Positions 38,979-51,249 of a DNA stretch of 64,000 bases are shown here, in pieces; position 1 is the first letter of the stretch, and each line of letters starts with the position of its first letter. This DNA comes from Octopus vulgaris (Eukaryota): assembly GCA_951406725.2 (NCBI GenBank), contig OX597820.1:118358001-118422000 (forward strand), in the 5' to 3' direction. A program made the position numbers and the translations under genes. The notes beneath the pieces are model-generated. The model saw only the letters and a list, made by a program, of their open reading frames with translations. It was not told where the DNA came from and did not search any database.

Positions 38979-39892
38979 GGTATATTATAAGCATTTACGG
39001 AGATGATGGATAAATATAATGTATTCCTCAATCCTTTATTTCTACAGCGAATTTTGAGTGAAGAATAAGGACGGTGGGGTTGCATGTGTCCAATGCCTTA
39101 GTCACTGGTTCTCCGTATTTAAGACAATATTAGTGACACGGGAGTGTCTGTGTAATTTGGGTGGAACTAATACCTCTAGTGCTCTTCGTTCAATTATTTC
39201 GCTTAATCCGTTTTTATGCTTTGCGCGCTTATAACATGACAGACTCATAAGCGCACGCACCTGCTCGCACGTGATTATGCATGGCAGCCTCAGCACAGTT
39301 TTCATCTTTAAAATTTCATTCACAGGCTACCGGATGAGGTAAGTTCACCTGAGGGTGCACATGCTTAGGGTACCCTGCTGTGGGATCGAAACAGAAGCTT
39401 TGTGGTTCCGAAGTGAGAATTCTTAACGCATCTCTTTGAAGATGTCGGTGCTTCGTAACAATATTTCGCACGTAGTTCATACATCCAACTACAATTTTAA
39501 TACTTCTGCCAGTTTTGGGGGCAAGGTTTTTGTTACCAACGCACACCTGTGCCGAACGCAGTGCTTAACAATGATATGTGGTGCATCGGATTTCACCAGC
39601 CCTCCAAAACCAGAGTGTCGTCCCAGCATGGGTGGAGCTCCGTCTGAACAAACTGTAGAAACCATATTCAACGAGGGCCCGTTGTCTCTGAAGCAGTCAT
39701 CCACAAGTTTCTTCACATCGGCTGCCTTGGTTGTTGTAAGAGGCTTACAAAATAAAAAAAAAATAGCCTCTTCCTTTATGACGTCATCTTTCACGTAGCG
39801 CACAACAAGCTGGCTTAGATTGGCAATATCGGCGGTCTCATCGAATTGGAGGCTGAATTTTGCAGGGCTTGAAATCAGATCTGCAACTATTT

Positions 39893-40203
39893 TTGTTTTT
39901 TGTTTGTTCCTTCTCCAGCCCTGCCTGGCTCATAAGGGCCGGTTTCCCGGTTTCTTGGTGTATAGTTTCCCCACCTGGACGGGGCGCCGGTCCGTCGCAG
40001 GTGAGCTGCAAGATGCAGGAGGAAAGAGAGAGAAAGTTGTGGCGAAAGAGTCAGCAGAAGTTCGCCATTACCTTCTGCCGGAACCGCGTGGAGCTTAGGT
40101 GTTTTCGCTCATAAACACACACACATCGGCCGGTCTGAGATTCGAACCGGCGATCCCTCGACCGCATGTCTGCTGCTCTAACCACTAGGTCATGTGCCTC
40201 CAC
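39893..40203 (-). mobile_element. Family C-head SINE with tail type 3, 13-bp TSD
   Basis: TSD tctgcaactattt at 39880-39892 and 40204-40216. Confidence 0.88.
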
Positions 40204-40670
40204 TCTGCAACTATTTAAGCCAAGATGTCATTGTTCATGTCGCATATTCTGCTCTTGATAATGTCATTTGAAAGAAGAATCTAGGATAACGTATCTTCAG
40301 CAGCTTTTCCTAGCATGATATTCGCCATCATCAACGCAGCTGGTTTTACGAGTGCTTCACCAGTGGGGTGTGGCTTGCCCTGCTTTGCGATCAGGTACAC
40401 AACTTCGTGCGATGCTGTGAGGATCGGTTTGTCGGTGTGTACAAAGTCGGGAACAGGCAGAGTAGCCTTTTCATCGAATCTGGCTCTCTTCACCTTGAAT
40501 TCAACGAGAGTGTTGTGTTCTTGCATTTCCCATCTCCATGTAGCTTTAGGAAGTGTTCAATTAGTTTTGCCGGTGCTAGACTAGAATTGCTCAACTTGGC
40601 ATTGCAAATCATGTCCTGAGGATGCTGACTGGTATCACATTCCTTTATACACGTGAATCCCTAATGTACA

Positions 40671-40945
40671 GATCCAGAATTCAGTATGGCCCTATCGCTG
40701 TTGCATCACGTGAGTGTTACTTTCGTAGGACGACGAAGAACTTTATTAGGATCTGCAGTTTTGCTGACAGCTGATTTTCAGGAAAACATTAAAAAAGCCA
40801 TGTCTATTGACCCGGTCGAACGCTTTGGTGAGACTAATGAAAGCAGCTGAAAGGGTCCTATGCGATGCAGTTCTTTCATGCTAGCACAGGACTTCAAACA
40901 GTCTCCGAGTGCTTGATCATATGAGAATCAATCTCCTCACTACCT
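40671..40945 (-). mobile_element. RTE RT fragment inside the hAT element
   Basis: Minus strand AAFISLTKAFDRVNR; flanked by a 31-bp duplication at 40640-40670 and 40952-40982. Confidence 0.75.
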
Positions 40946-42314
40946 TTATACTTCCCTTATACACATGAATCCCTAATGTACATATTCATCCAACCACTTT
41001 CTCTTTTTGATCGACGTAGTATGAAGGGATTGAAAGATTAAAAAAAATCACAAATGACGTGCAATCACGACAGCCACTGAACGCATCAAGTTCCCTGCAG
41101 CAGGGATAGCAAAGCCAATGATGGCCAAGTCAAGCGTGACGTCACGAATAATACGAATGGGCTGAACGGAACGGACATACGCGCATAAGCCTGGGTCGAT
41201 TTTTTTAAAGATTATTATTTCAAAAGTAAATTTTATATTGTTATTGTAATTTCTCTTTTAATAAACTAGTTTTGCGTGGAAATTATTTTGTGAAAGAAAT
41301 TTTTACTAAATAATTGCAACTAAATATTTGTAATCTAACATGGCGAAGAAAAATTGTGTGTTGCCAAACTGTCGGCAGACAAAAACGACCCGACGTTGCT
41401 AGTGTGAACCGGGCTACACTGTATGTCTTGACCTCTGCTGAACGCGTGAGATTGACTCAACGAAATCCTGCAGTTCGATCGAATCCAGATTAAGAACCAC
41501 TGTATCATATTTATTTCATTGGAAATTATGCTGGGTGTGTTTTGGACCTGGTAAGATCGGAAAACAGGCGCAGCGGTTATCGTAAAATCGGATGAATTGC
41601 GATATTTTTTGTCGGTTAATCGTTTTGTGCTCTGTGTTGTTTGCATCGCGGATTATACTGGATCGGCAAATAAATTTAATTTTAGAAATCCCCAACGGTT
41701 TTGACTAATCTCCTCTTCAAAACATAACCTCGATTGTTTTCATTCCAATAAAACCAAATTCACCCCACCCCGTATCAGCAGAGTCTAAAAATACATTATC
41801 TAATTACTTAGCTAATTAGCATATTAACGAGAAAGAATACAGTGAGATATTTCACTAATTAATGAATTATTAGACTCATTTATTCTAGTCCATCTCGAAA
41901 TATTTGATATTCCACGAAGAATGGCAAAGGCCGACATTTTGATTATTAATCCGAAATTTCTAGATTATTTGTTACTATTTTCTACATGTATTCTTTTAGG
42001 GTTACATCTTTGAAGAAATTCACACGATTATGTTTGGTTTGGGATGTATGTGAATTTGCTTCAGTATGGGCGTTTCTGTGCGAGTAAGGCAGGCCTTAGA
42101 AGTCATTCCTTGGAGGCATCTGTACTTCTAAGGAAGCAGAATGAAATGTTACAGGAAACTTCGCCGACACAATATTGTAACACCTACTGCAAGAGGTTCC
42201 CATCGTTGCTACATCTGTACAAAAGAGTGTAAGTCTACGTGGGAGTCATTAGAATGAAGCGAGTGTTTAATTCGGTAGAGGTAGGTAAATACCAGATTGG
42301 TTACGTAAATACAT

Positions 42315-42710
42315 ATTATCCTTTCTACTCTAGGCATAAGGCTTGAAATTTGGTGGGAGTGGGCAGTCGACTAGATCGACCCCAGTACGTAACTGGTACT
42401 TAATTTATCGATCCAGAAAGGATGAAAGGCAAAGTCGACCCCGGCGGCATTTGAACTCAGAACGTAAAGACAGACGAAATACCTATTTCCTTACTACCCA
42501 CAAGGGGTTAAACACAGAGAGGACAAATAGATAAACGGATTAAGTCGATTACATCGACCCCAGTGCGTAACTGGTACTTATTTAATCGACCCCAAAATGA
42601 TGAAAAGCAAAGTCGACCCCGGCGGCATTTGAACTCAGAACGTAGAGACAGAAGAAATACCACTACACTTTTCGTTCGGCGTGCTAGCAATTCTGCTAGC
42701 TTGCTGCCTT
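42315..42710 (-). mobile_element. SINE family A heterodimer (tail T1 unit + tail T2 unit)
   Basis: Two core units; same architecture as 62319-62716. Confidence 0.85.
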
Positions 42711-43526
42711 ACCTGTATACATATAATGATATGCCACTGTATGAGGGTTAGAAACCGCACCCTGTGCTATGCAGATTTATATTCTGATATGTGGTATAAT
42801 ACCCCCAGCGTACACACTCGTACATCTTTACATACACGTACAGGTGTATATACAAATTTGCGTCAGTAAAGATTTATAGACGCACATATAAGTATGAAAT
42901 CTATAAATTAGATAGCTGGCTAATAGATACAACCAGATGAACCCAGACAAATGTAAAATTATGCAGAGAAACAGACGAATAAAGACATGAGTAAAAGACA
43001 TATGTAAAAGAAATGAGAAAGCACTCAGCTCCGAGTGCATTGCTATTTATATCGGAAACATTAGAAGTTAATAAAAGTGATTACGTAACTTATGTTCTTT
43101 TGTTATTTATTAACTGATACATCCTCACACACACACGCACACTTATGCTTTTGTTTATTGAATATTTATTATATATGCGTCTTATGAAATTATAATATTG
43201 GTGGGAATGATGGTGAAGATGATACAGAAACAGGTTTGAAAAAGTGAAGGATGGAGGGAAGGAAACTGTGTTTTTGTGAGTAGTTTTCAAGACTCCTCGC
43301 CCCCACCCAAGGAAGTTTGGTTCTCAATTCAATGAGAATGACGCCGGTGATGTAAGATATTCGTGACAGAGTGTCATCAAGAGAAATTGTATTCCTGGAA
43401 AATTGGTGATATATACAGAGGTGTATATAACCTTCCTCGGCCTGGTCGATGATATTTCATTGCAGGTAAGAAATGGGAAAATGTCGGCTGAAATTTTAAG
43501 GCAAAGGAAAATTTGATATTTTTTTG

Positions 43527-44042
43527 ATAGGCGCAAGTTAGGCGTTATGGTATGGCGCTTGCTTCCCACCCACATGGTTCCATCTTCAGTCCCACTGCAT
43601 GGTACCAGGGCCAAGTGTCTTCTACTATAGCCTCGTGACAACCAAAGCCTTGTGATTGGATTTGGCACTGAAAGAAGTCCATTGAATATATATCAATGTA
43701 TATATATGCGTGGCATCTTGGGCAAGTGTCTTCTGCTATAGCCCCGGGCCGACCAATGCCTTGTGAGTGGATTTGGTAGACGGAAACTGAAAGAAGCCTG
43801 TCGTATATATGTATATATATATATATATATGTGTGTATGTGTGTGTGTTTGTCCCCCTAGCATTGCTTGACAACCGATGCTGGTGTGTTTACGTCCCCGT
43901 CACTTAGCGGTTCGGCAAAAGAGACCGATAGAATAAGTACTGGGCTTACAAAGAATAAGTCCCGGGGTCGATCTGCTCGACTGAAGACGGTGCTTCAGCA
44001 TGGCCGCAGTCAAATGACTGAAACAAATAAAAGAGAAAAAGA

Positions 44043-44092
<50 letters not shown>

Positions 44093-44310
44093 ATGTATAT
44101 ATATATACATACATATATATTTATGTGTATGTGTGTGCATGTCATTGTGTCTGTGTTTGTCCCACCCCCCCGACTAACCGTTTTAATAAGAACCAGACTT
44201 AAAGAAATAAGTTTCTGGTGTCGATTCGTTCGATGAAAAATTCTTCAAAGTGGTGCCCCAGCATGGCCGCAGTCTAATGAGTGAAACAAACGAATGATAA
44301 AAAGATACAG
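43527..44310 (+). mobile_element. Old SINE B with a younger 5'-truncated SINE B (43707-44043) nested in its (TA)n
   Basis: Old 5' half 43527-43690, old 3' half ~44090-44310; atatatatcaatgtatatatat occurs on both sides of the inner copy. Confidence 0.8.
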
Positions 44311-44917
44311 AAATAACTTTCCTACCTTTTTGGCGCACCTGTAATATTTTCAGGTAAAAGTGCGCACTGGTATTGTGCAGTCAAGCAGTTGTTTACTTCG
44401 CTGGAGGTTAAAGTCTGTTTGTTTGATTCTGGTACTATTTTCGATGCTTACTGACATTAAAAATTTCGGAAATATTTTCGTGAAGAAAAATCTACCTGTT
44501 TGTACGTGTGATTGTTGTTGTTCTTGTTATTATTCTTGTTGCTGACATTCTCATTGTTTTCTTGTTTTCTCTGCTGTTATTTTGTAGGTGATGTTGTTAA
44601 AAATGTCTCGTTTCCATTAGCGTTATTTTCTATAGAAATATCAAGATTGTTTTCTTGCAAAAACGAATTTTGCTAACCGAGACTAACCTTCAAAATTTTA
44701 ACAAATAAATAATTTAAAATATTATATAGATAGGTAAACCACAGACATTTTTGTTTACTCCAAGCTAAGATGCTAACGCGACACATCTGTAATTTTGCCT
44801 ACTCGAAAATAATTGGGAAACGGACACGTTTCGTTCTGTTAACGTCGCAAGATTCCAACCTGGTTGAGGCGATGCAGCTTTGTCTACAACAATTACAAAT
44901 AAATAACATATTTGTTT

Positions 44918-45696
44918 CTTTATTACCCACAAGGGGCTAAACATAGAGGGGAAAAAGAAGGACAGACAAATGGATTAAGTCGATTACATCGACCCCAGTG
45001 CGTAACTGGTACTTATTCAATCAACCCCGAAAGGATGAAAGGCAAAGTCGACCTCGGTGGAATTTGAACTCAGAACGTAGCGACGGGCGGAATACCTATT
45101 TCTTTACTGCCCACAAGGGGCTAAACACAGAAGGGACAAACAAGGACAGACAAAACGGATTAAGTCGATTATATCGACCCCAGTGCGTAACTGGTACTTA
45201 TTCAATCAACCCCGAAAGGATGAAAGGCAAAGTCGACCTCGGCGGAATTTGAACTCAGAACGTAGCGACGGGCGGAATACCTATTTCTTTACTACCCACA
45301 AGGAGCTAAACACAGAAGGGACAAACAAGGACAGACAAAACGGATTAAGTCGATTATATCGACCCCAGTGCGTAACTGGTACTTATTTAATCGACCCCGA
45401 AAGGATGAAAGGCAAAGTCGACCTCGGCGGAATTTGAACTCAGAACGGAGCGACGGGCGGAATACCTATTTCTTTACTACCCACAAGGGGCTAAACACAG
45501 AGGACAAACAAGGACAGACAAACGGATTAAGTCGATTATATCGACCCCAGTGCGTAACTGGTACTTATTTAATCGATCCCGAAAGGATGAAAGGCAAAGT
45601 CGACCTCGGCGGAATTTGAACTCAGAACGTAGCGGCAGACGAAATACCGCTAAGCATTTCGCCCGGGGTGCTAACGTTTCTGCCAGCTCACCACCT
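44918..45696 (-). mobile_element. SINE family A tetramer (one head + four ~185-bp units), 16-bp TSD
   Basis: Unit tails at ~44918, 45097, 45282 and 45467; TSD aataacatatttgttt at 44902 and 45702. Confidence 0.92.
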
Positions 45697-46024
45697 TAAA
45701 TAATAACATATTTGTTTGGTTGGAATATTGGCGCTTGTGACTGACAAGACCAGTGTCGAATTATTATTGCAGGATATCTATTCATGCTATTCGATTACCT
45801 ACAATGATCTACCCGCTTTCTATATTGATATTGAGCGCTTTCATATACTTCCCACAGACGTCCTGCTAGTGTTGCACAGGATGTCCGATGAGTCTCTTTC
45901 CAAATATCCTTTGGGACACAGCTATTCCTCAAATGGAGTTGTTCTAGTTGAGTGAACAGAGATGTAAACAGTTACAGATTTGTTGTGTTGGATACTTTGT
46001 CTTGTCAGGATATAAGAAAAGCCT

Positions 46025-46263
46025 GGCACACCGTCGGTTTACGACGAGGTGGGTTCTAGTTAATCCGACCAAATGAAGAGCCTGCTCGTGAAATTATCGT
46101 GCAAATGGCTGATCACTTTACAAACATGCGTACCATTAATAAAGTAGTTCTCGGGGAGATTCACTGTGACAAGGCTTGTCCTTTGAAATACAAGTACTAC
46201 ACATTTTTGTCACCTGAATGGACTGGAGCAACTTGAAATAAAGTGTTTTACCCAAGGACACAA
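46025..46263 (-). mobile_element. Old family C-related SINE 3' part
   Basis: ccgtcggtttacgacgag...gcctgctcgtgaaatt...gttctcggggagattc. Confidence 0.7.
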
Positions 46264-46359
46264 CGGTGCTAGACTAGAATTGCTCAACTTGGCATTGCAA
46301 ATCATGTACTGAGGATGCTGACTGGCATCACGTTCCTTTATACACCTGAATCCCTAATG

Positions 46360-46930
46360 TACAGATCCAGAATTCAGTATGGCCCAATCGCTGGTGCATC
46401 ACGTAACTGTTACTTTCGTAGGACGACGAAGAACTTTATTAGGATCTGCAGTTTTGCTGACAGCTGATTTTCAGGAAAACATTAAAAAAGCCATGTCTAT
46501 TGACCCGGTCGAACGCTTTGGTGAGATTAATGAAAGCAGCTTAAAGGGTCCTATGCGATGCAGTTCTTTCATGCTAGCACGGGACTTCAAACAATCTCCA
46601 AGTGCTTGATCATATGAGAATCAATCTCCTCACTACCTGGGTCCTTACCGGTTAATGACCGTTCCAATCCCTTTCTGCGATGACTCTGGTACTAACTCAT
46701 TTGTGAAGAGCAGGTATTCAATGCTGCCTTCATCCCCAAGATGGCCAGGTGTGTTCTAGGCATGGCATCGAAGTGCATGGCGTCCAACAAGGTTTTCTTT
46801 TGGCTGTGTTTTTTCGTGTTGTGAGGCGCTTTGTTCTCTATGAAAAGCCTCTTCACCACTTCATCAATCGAAGTTTGATTGGTGCATCTTGCTGACGTTG
46901 AGGTGAGGGTTCTTCCGTAGCTTTGTACGA
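46360..46930 (-). mobile_element. Decayed RTE RT fragment, preceded by 96 bp of hAT sequence (46264-46359)
   Basis: AAFINLTKAFDRVNR motif; 46264-46638 duplicates 40571-40945. Confidence 0.65.
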
Positions 46931-47236
46931 GAATATATCTTAGGTTTCGGCGCAAATATTATTTGGGGCAGAAATCAGTGCGTGGTCCGTGTTGCAATAA
47001 GTGCTGTAGTAGGAGCGTGTGGGAACAAAGATTTTAATCGCGACATATTTAACAAAGAAGTGACCTGGTTGGTGCAAGTGCTCTGAGCGCGGATATCATG
47101 AGGAAACTTTGAACTGGGATTTGTGCAGAAGTAGGAATTATCAAATTTATTGCATTCTGAGTTTTATGGTCACAATTTTCAAAAAAATATTGTTCGAAAA
47201 CCTGGGTGAAATGTAGCAGCTACTGCTTCCGTACTT

Positions 47237-47552
47237 CATCCTCATTGTTCGACCGTGGTCGAGACAATGGAATTTACTATGTTACGCCAGACTTCACGGT
47301 CCATCATAGCATTACGGAGGTCCTGTTGCTGGATGCCTGTATCCCTGGAGATTACATCAGAGTAGGAGAGTGTGCGCCCTCTGGTATCGCGAGTAGATGG
47401 CTTCCAGAGAAGAAGAGTAGAAATTACCTCGTTTGCAGCTCTACAACAATGTCCAGCAAACTGGACTCTCTTACCTTTCACAAGAGATGACACAGGTGGT
47501 AATTTCCCATATATTTGTACTTTGGTTGGATGACGCTTCCACGAAAGATTTT
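47237..47552 (-). mobile_element. RTE-X-like LINE 3' end (second copy)
   Basis: Near-identical to 5045-5360. Confidence 0.88.
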
Positions 47553-47634
47553 GTACTAGCGCTTCTTACCTCCACATTATAAGGCGAAGTTAAGCCCTTG
47601 CATAAAAAATTTAAACATTTAGCACAAGAAAGTG

Positions 47635-48030
47635 TGTGCAGGAGTGGCTGTGTGGTAAGTAGCTTGTTTACCAACCACATAGTTCCGGGTTCAGTCCCAC
47701 TGCGTGGCACCTTGGGCAAGTGTCTTCTACTATAGCCTCGAGCCGACCAAAGCCTTGTGAGTAGATTTGCTAGACGGAAACATACATATATGTATGTGCG
47801 TGAATATGGTTGTGTGTCTGTGTTTGTCCCCCTAGCATTGCTTGACAACCGATGCTGGTGTGTTTATGTTCCCTTCACTTAGCGGTTCGGCAAAAGAGAC
47901 CGATAGAATAAGTACTGGGCTTACAAAGAATAAGTCCTGGGGTCGAGTTGCTCGATTAAAGGCGGTGCACCAGCATGGCCGCAGTCAAAATGACTGAAAC
48001 AAGTAAAAAGAGAAAAAGAGAAAGAGAAAG
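47635..48030 (+). mobile_element. SINE family B
   Basis: Full-length match with an internal deletion. Confidence 0.9.
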
Positions 48031-48443
48031 AGAAATACACTACGACTATTCAAAAAAAAAAAAAGTATCTCATTCCTTTCTATAGCAAAGTCTAGAAGCA
48101 GGATACTGAAAACTTGTGGACCATAAATGGAGAAATGCCAAAGAAGCTTACGACGTAAACCGAAACGCAAAAGAAACGCGATTTTTTCAAATGACATTTT
48201 TATTTGGTAAATTCTGAATATTTATTTCGGAGATGTAAGTGTAAATATTCTATGACATGCTGGTTTTTAGCTGTGACCCAAATTGCAGGTAACCTTCTAA
48301 CTTCCCAGAAGCGAGATGCCAAAACGCAGCTACGTTGAATGTCGTGGATGTCATGAAAACCGAAATGTACGTGTATCTCGTGGAGGTTATGGGTTTAGAG
48401 AAAAGCAACTTGAACCGCGTTCCTGGCATTCAAAATTTGTAAG

Positions 48444-48861
48444 ACGGCGAGCTGGCAGAAACGTTAGCACCCCGGGCAAAATGCTTAGCGGTATTTCGTC
48501 TGCCGTTACGTTCTGAGTTCAAATTCCGCCGAGGTCCACTTTGCCTTTTATCCTTTCGGGGTCGATTAAATAATTTACCAGTTACGCACTGGGGTCGATA
48601 TAATCGACTTAATCTGTTTGTCTGTCCTTGTTTGTTCCCTCTGTGTTTAGCTCCTTGTGGGTAGTAAAGAAATAAGTATTTCGTCTGCCGCTGCGTTCTG
48701 AGTTCAAATTCCGCCGAGGTCGACTTTGCCTTTCATCCTTTCGGGGTTGATTAAATAAGTACCGGTTACGCACTGGGGTCGATATAATCGACTTAATCCG
48801 TTTGTTTGTCCTTGTTTGTCCCTTCTGTGTTTAGCTCCTTGTGGGTAGTAAAGAAATAGGT
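48444..48861 (+). mobile_element. SINE family A homodimer, 13-bp TSD
   Basis: TSD attcaaaatttgt at 48428 and 48862. Confidence 0.9.
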
Positions 48862-48939
48862 ATTCAAAATTTGTCTTTTTTTGAATTTCGACTTGGTGTT
48901 TCAAAGTTGCGAGGTTGGTAAGCTTAATTACTTACTGTC

Positions 48940-49370
48940 TCACGTTGTTGCGTTGTTAATTAAATTTGTTGTGTTTTAAAAACACCTTGTTTCTCCCGCG
49001 TGAGCGGAATTGTCGTCGTTGTCCTTCCCTTGTTCGAGAGAGGGAAACGTTTGATATTTATCATGAAGACTAACTTCGAGGAGATTGGCTCTTCCGACAT
49101 GAATTCGTCGGAGAACGAGCTCCTACAATGGAGGGGGAACTGAGGAAGAAAAAGGCGGCGTTTGAAAAAAGAGTTTTGCGGGAGTTTTAGAAAGTAAAAA
49201 ATTGGAAGTGGTAACGAACGAATTAAAGAAATACGAAAGCATGTTATATAGGGAGGGGCAGGAAATAAGATTGACCCCTTCCGGTGAAGTGGCTCAGAGT
49301 GTAACCAGGAAAACTATAACATTCAAAAGTTTTAACAGAAAGGAAAAAGCCATCAAAAGTGATCAGTGTA
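48940..49370 (+). mobile_element. Possible 5' end/ORF1 remnant of a LINE
   Basis: CpG-containing leader, then a purine-rich disrupted ORF MKTNFEEIGSSDMNSSENELL...LEVVTNELKKYESMLYREGQEIRL; family not identified. Confidence 0.3.
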
Positions 49371-49384
49371 GACAGAACAAGATG

Positions 49385-50545
49385 CTAGCCGATTGTAAGC
49401 AGGGCTGCGTGACCTGGTTGTTGCGAAAGCTTACAATAACAACAGCAGCAGCACTGCAGATCGTGCCTGCAGAGAACGCGCCCACGGATGACCACATCCA
49501 GGCAGGACCGCTTCATCCAGCAGCAACACCTTTTGATCGCTTCAGAACGACCAGTGTAACAGCTTGCGAGAGCATTGGCACTGGACAGCGGCCCATCAGC
49601 GACGACACGGGACGACGTCGACTGGCCTCCAATCGTCTGCGTTGCCGTCGTCCTGCTCAACGACCTGTCCTCATCACCCGCCACACACAGGCACAACTAC
49701 AGTGGGTTACACAGCACCGACATTGGCGGCATCAACAATAAGGGTCGAAAGTCTTCTCTGACGGGAGCCGGTACTACGTTTCCAACTCAGATGGCAGAGT
49801 GAGGGTGCAGTGTAGGAGGAGTGAACGCTACAGAGACGCATGTGTGATGGAGGGAGACGCGTGGGGTTGCCAAAACATCATGGTGTGGGGTGCCATAAGC
49901 CTGTATCAGAGAATTGGGTCCCATGTGTTCCACAATGTTGGTGCAGGTAGAGGGAATGGCATCACAGAGCAGCGCTTGCGTTGACCAGATCTTAAAACCT
50001 CACATCGTGTCCTTCTTGGCGCGTCACCATAGCCATGTGTTCTAGCAGGACAATGCTCACTCCCCCACGGCCAGGATAACTATGGATTTCCTGCATCAGC
50101 ACAACATCAGAACCATGCCGTGGCCGGCTCTCAGCCCGGATTTGAACCCAATTGAACACCTGTGGGATGAAATCCAGAGACGGCTGAACCAGGTGGTCCC
50201 AAGGCCAACAATTCGTGTGGGACTGGAGGCAGATTTCTTCAGGGTGTGGGCACAGGTGCCAATGGTTTTTGTGAACCGACTCATGCACTCCATGTACCGA
50301 CGGTGTATGGTCGTTTTGAACACCCAGGGAGGGCATACAAAGTATTGAACATGTCACACCCTACAATCTCAATGTGCTGGATCCGCCCACTACCTGAACA
50401 CATGGCAACGACCCGTAGACTGTGGTCAAAGTGCATCCAAGAAATTGATTTTATCAGATTCATCAAAATTTCTCTCTGACATAATGAAATTAAAACACAT
50501 TTCAAAGTCACACACGTCTGGCGTTTCTTTGTACAAGGTGACTGG
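49385..50545 (+). mobile_element. Decayed Tc1 (DD34E) transposon
   Basis: RRRL..L.CRRP..RP.L, FSD.S, IMVWGAIS, QDNA, WPALSPDLNPIEHLWDEI, GGHTKY*. Confidence 0.93.
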
Positions 50546-50589
50546 AATTTTCCACGGAGCTATGATTAGAACAGGCTGCTGTTATACAA

Positions 50590-50875
50590 ACACCACCACC
50601 GCCACCACTTCCTGCACCACCACCACCACCACCACCACCACCACCACCACCATCACCATCACCACCACCACAAACACCACCACCTGCACCACCACCACCA
50701 CCACCACCTGCACCACCACCTGCACCACCACCACCACCACAACCAGCACCACCACCACCACCTGCACCACCACCACTACTACTACTACCACCACCACAAC
50801 CACCACCTGCACCACCACCACCACCACCACCACCACCACCACCACCACCACAACCACCACCACCACCACCACTAT
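50590..50875. repeat. (CAC)n microsatellite
   Basis: Directly visible. Confidence 0.96.
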
Positions 50876-51249
50876 TATATTTCATAAGAGGCGGCCGCCC
50901 CCACAAACACCATCTCTAACAAGAACAAGAATCTATAAAACAAACAGAAAAATCTAGAAAAGCAGGAAAAAATGGAAATGAAAGAGTTTCAGAATAAATA
51001 AATGGAATATGTTGCGAATAGAACTGCATTGGTGCCTTGGAAATTAGCGAAAGATGAAAAAAATAAAGATTATCATTAAAAATAAAAAGAAAGAAACAAG
51101 AAGACAATAACAAGTAAAGTGTAGGAAAAGTGAAAATGTAAAACGACGGAAAATACAAAAAACATATTTTATTAAAAAATTATTTTTTATGCATTGAATA
51201 CGAGTTCACTTATCTTCTAAATAAATTTCTTTCTACTGTGGTTACGCGT

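Larger units (their letters stand above)
39430..41020 (-). mobile_element. Decayed hAT (Buster/ZBED8-like) transposase, interrupted by a SINE and an RTE fragment
   Basis: KKRKWLDEYV..GF.C, LIAKQGKPH.TGEALVKPA, FSLQFDETAD, FLFCKPL..TT, VCSDGAPPMLG, HC..HR.AL..K. Confidence 0.9.

Noticed and set aside
41340-41402. MAKKNCVLPNC as a THAP-domain start
   Set aside because: It stops after 20 codons and no downstream THAP or transposase motifs were recognised.
44918-45696. CRISPR-like or satellite array
   Set aside because: Units are contiguous 185-bp SINE bodies with no unique spacers, there are no cas genes, and the context is eukaryotic.
49202-49741. 179-aa ORF as a single gene
   Set aside because: A chance read-through from an unidentified remnant into a frameshifted Tc1 transposase.
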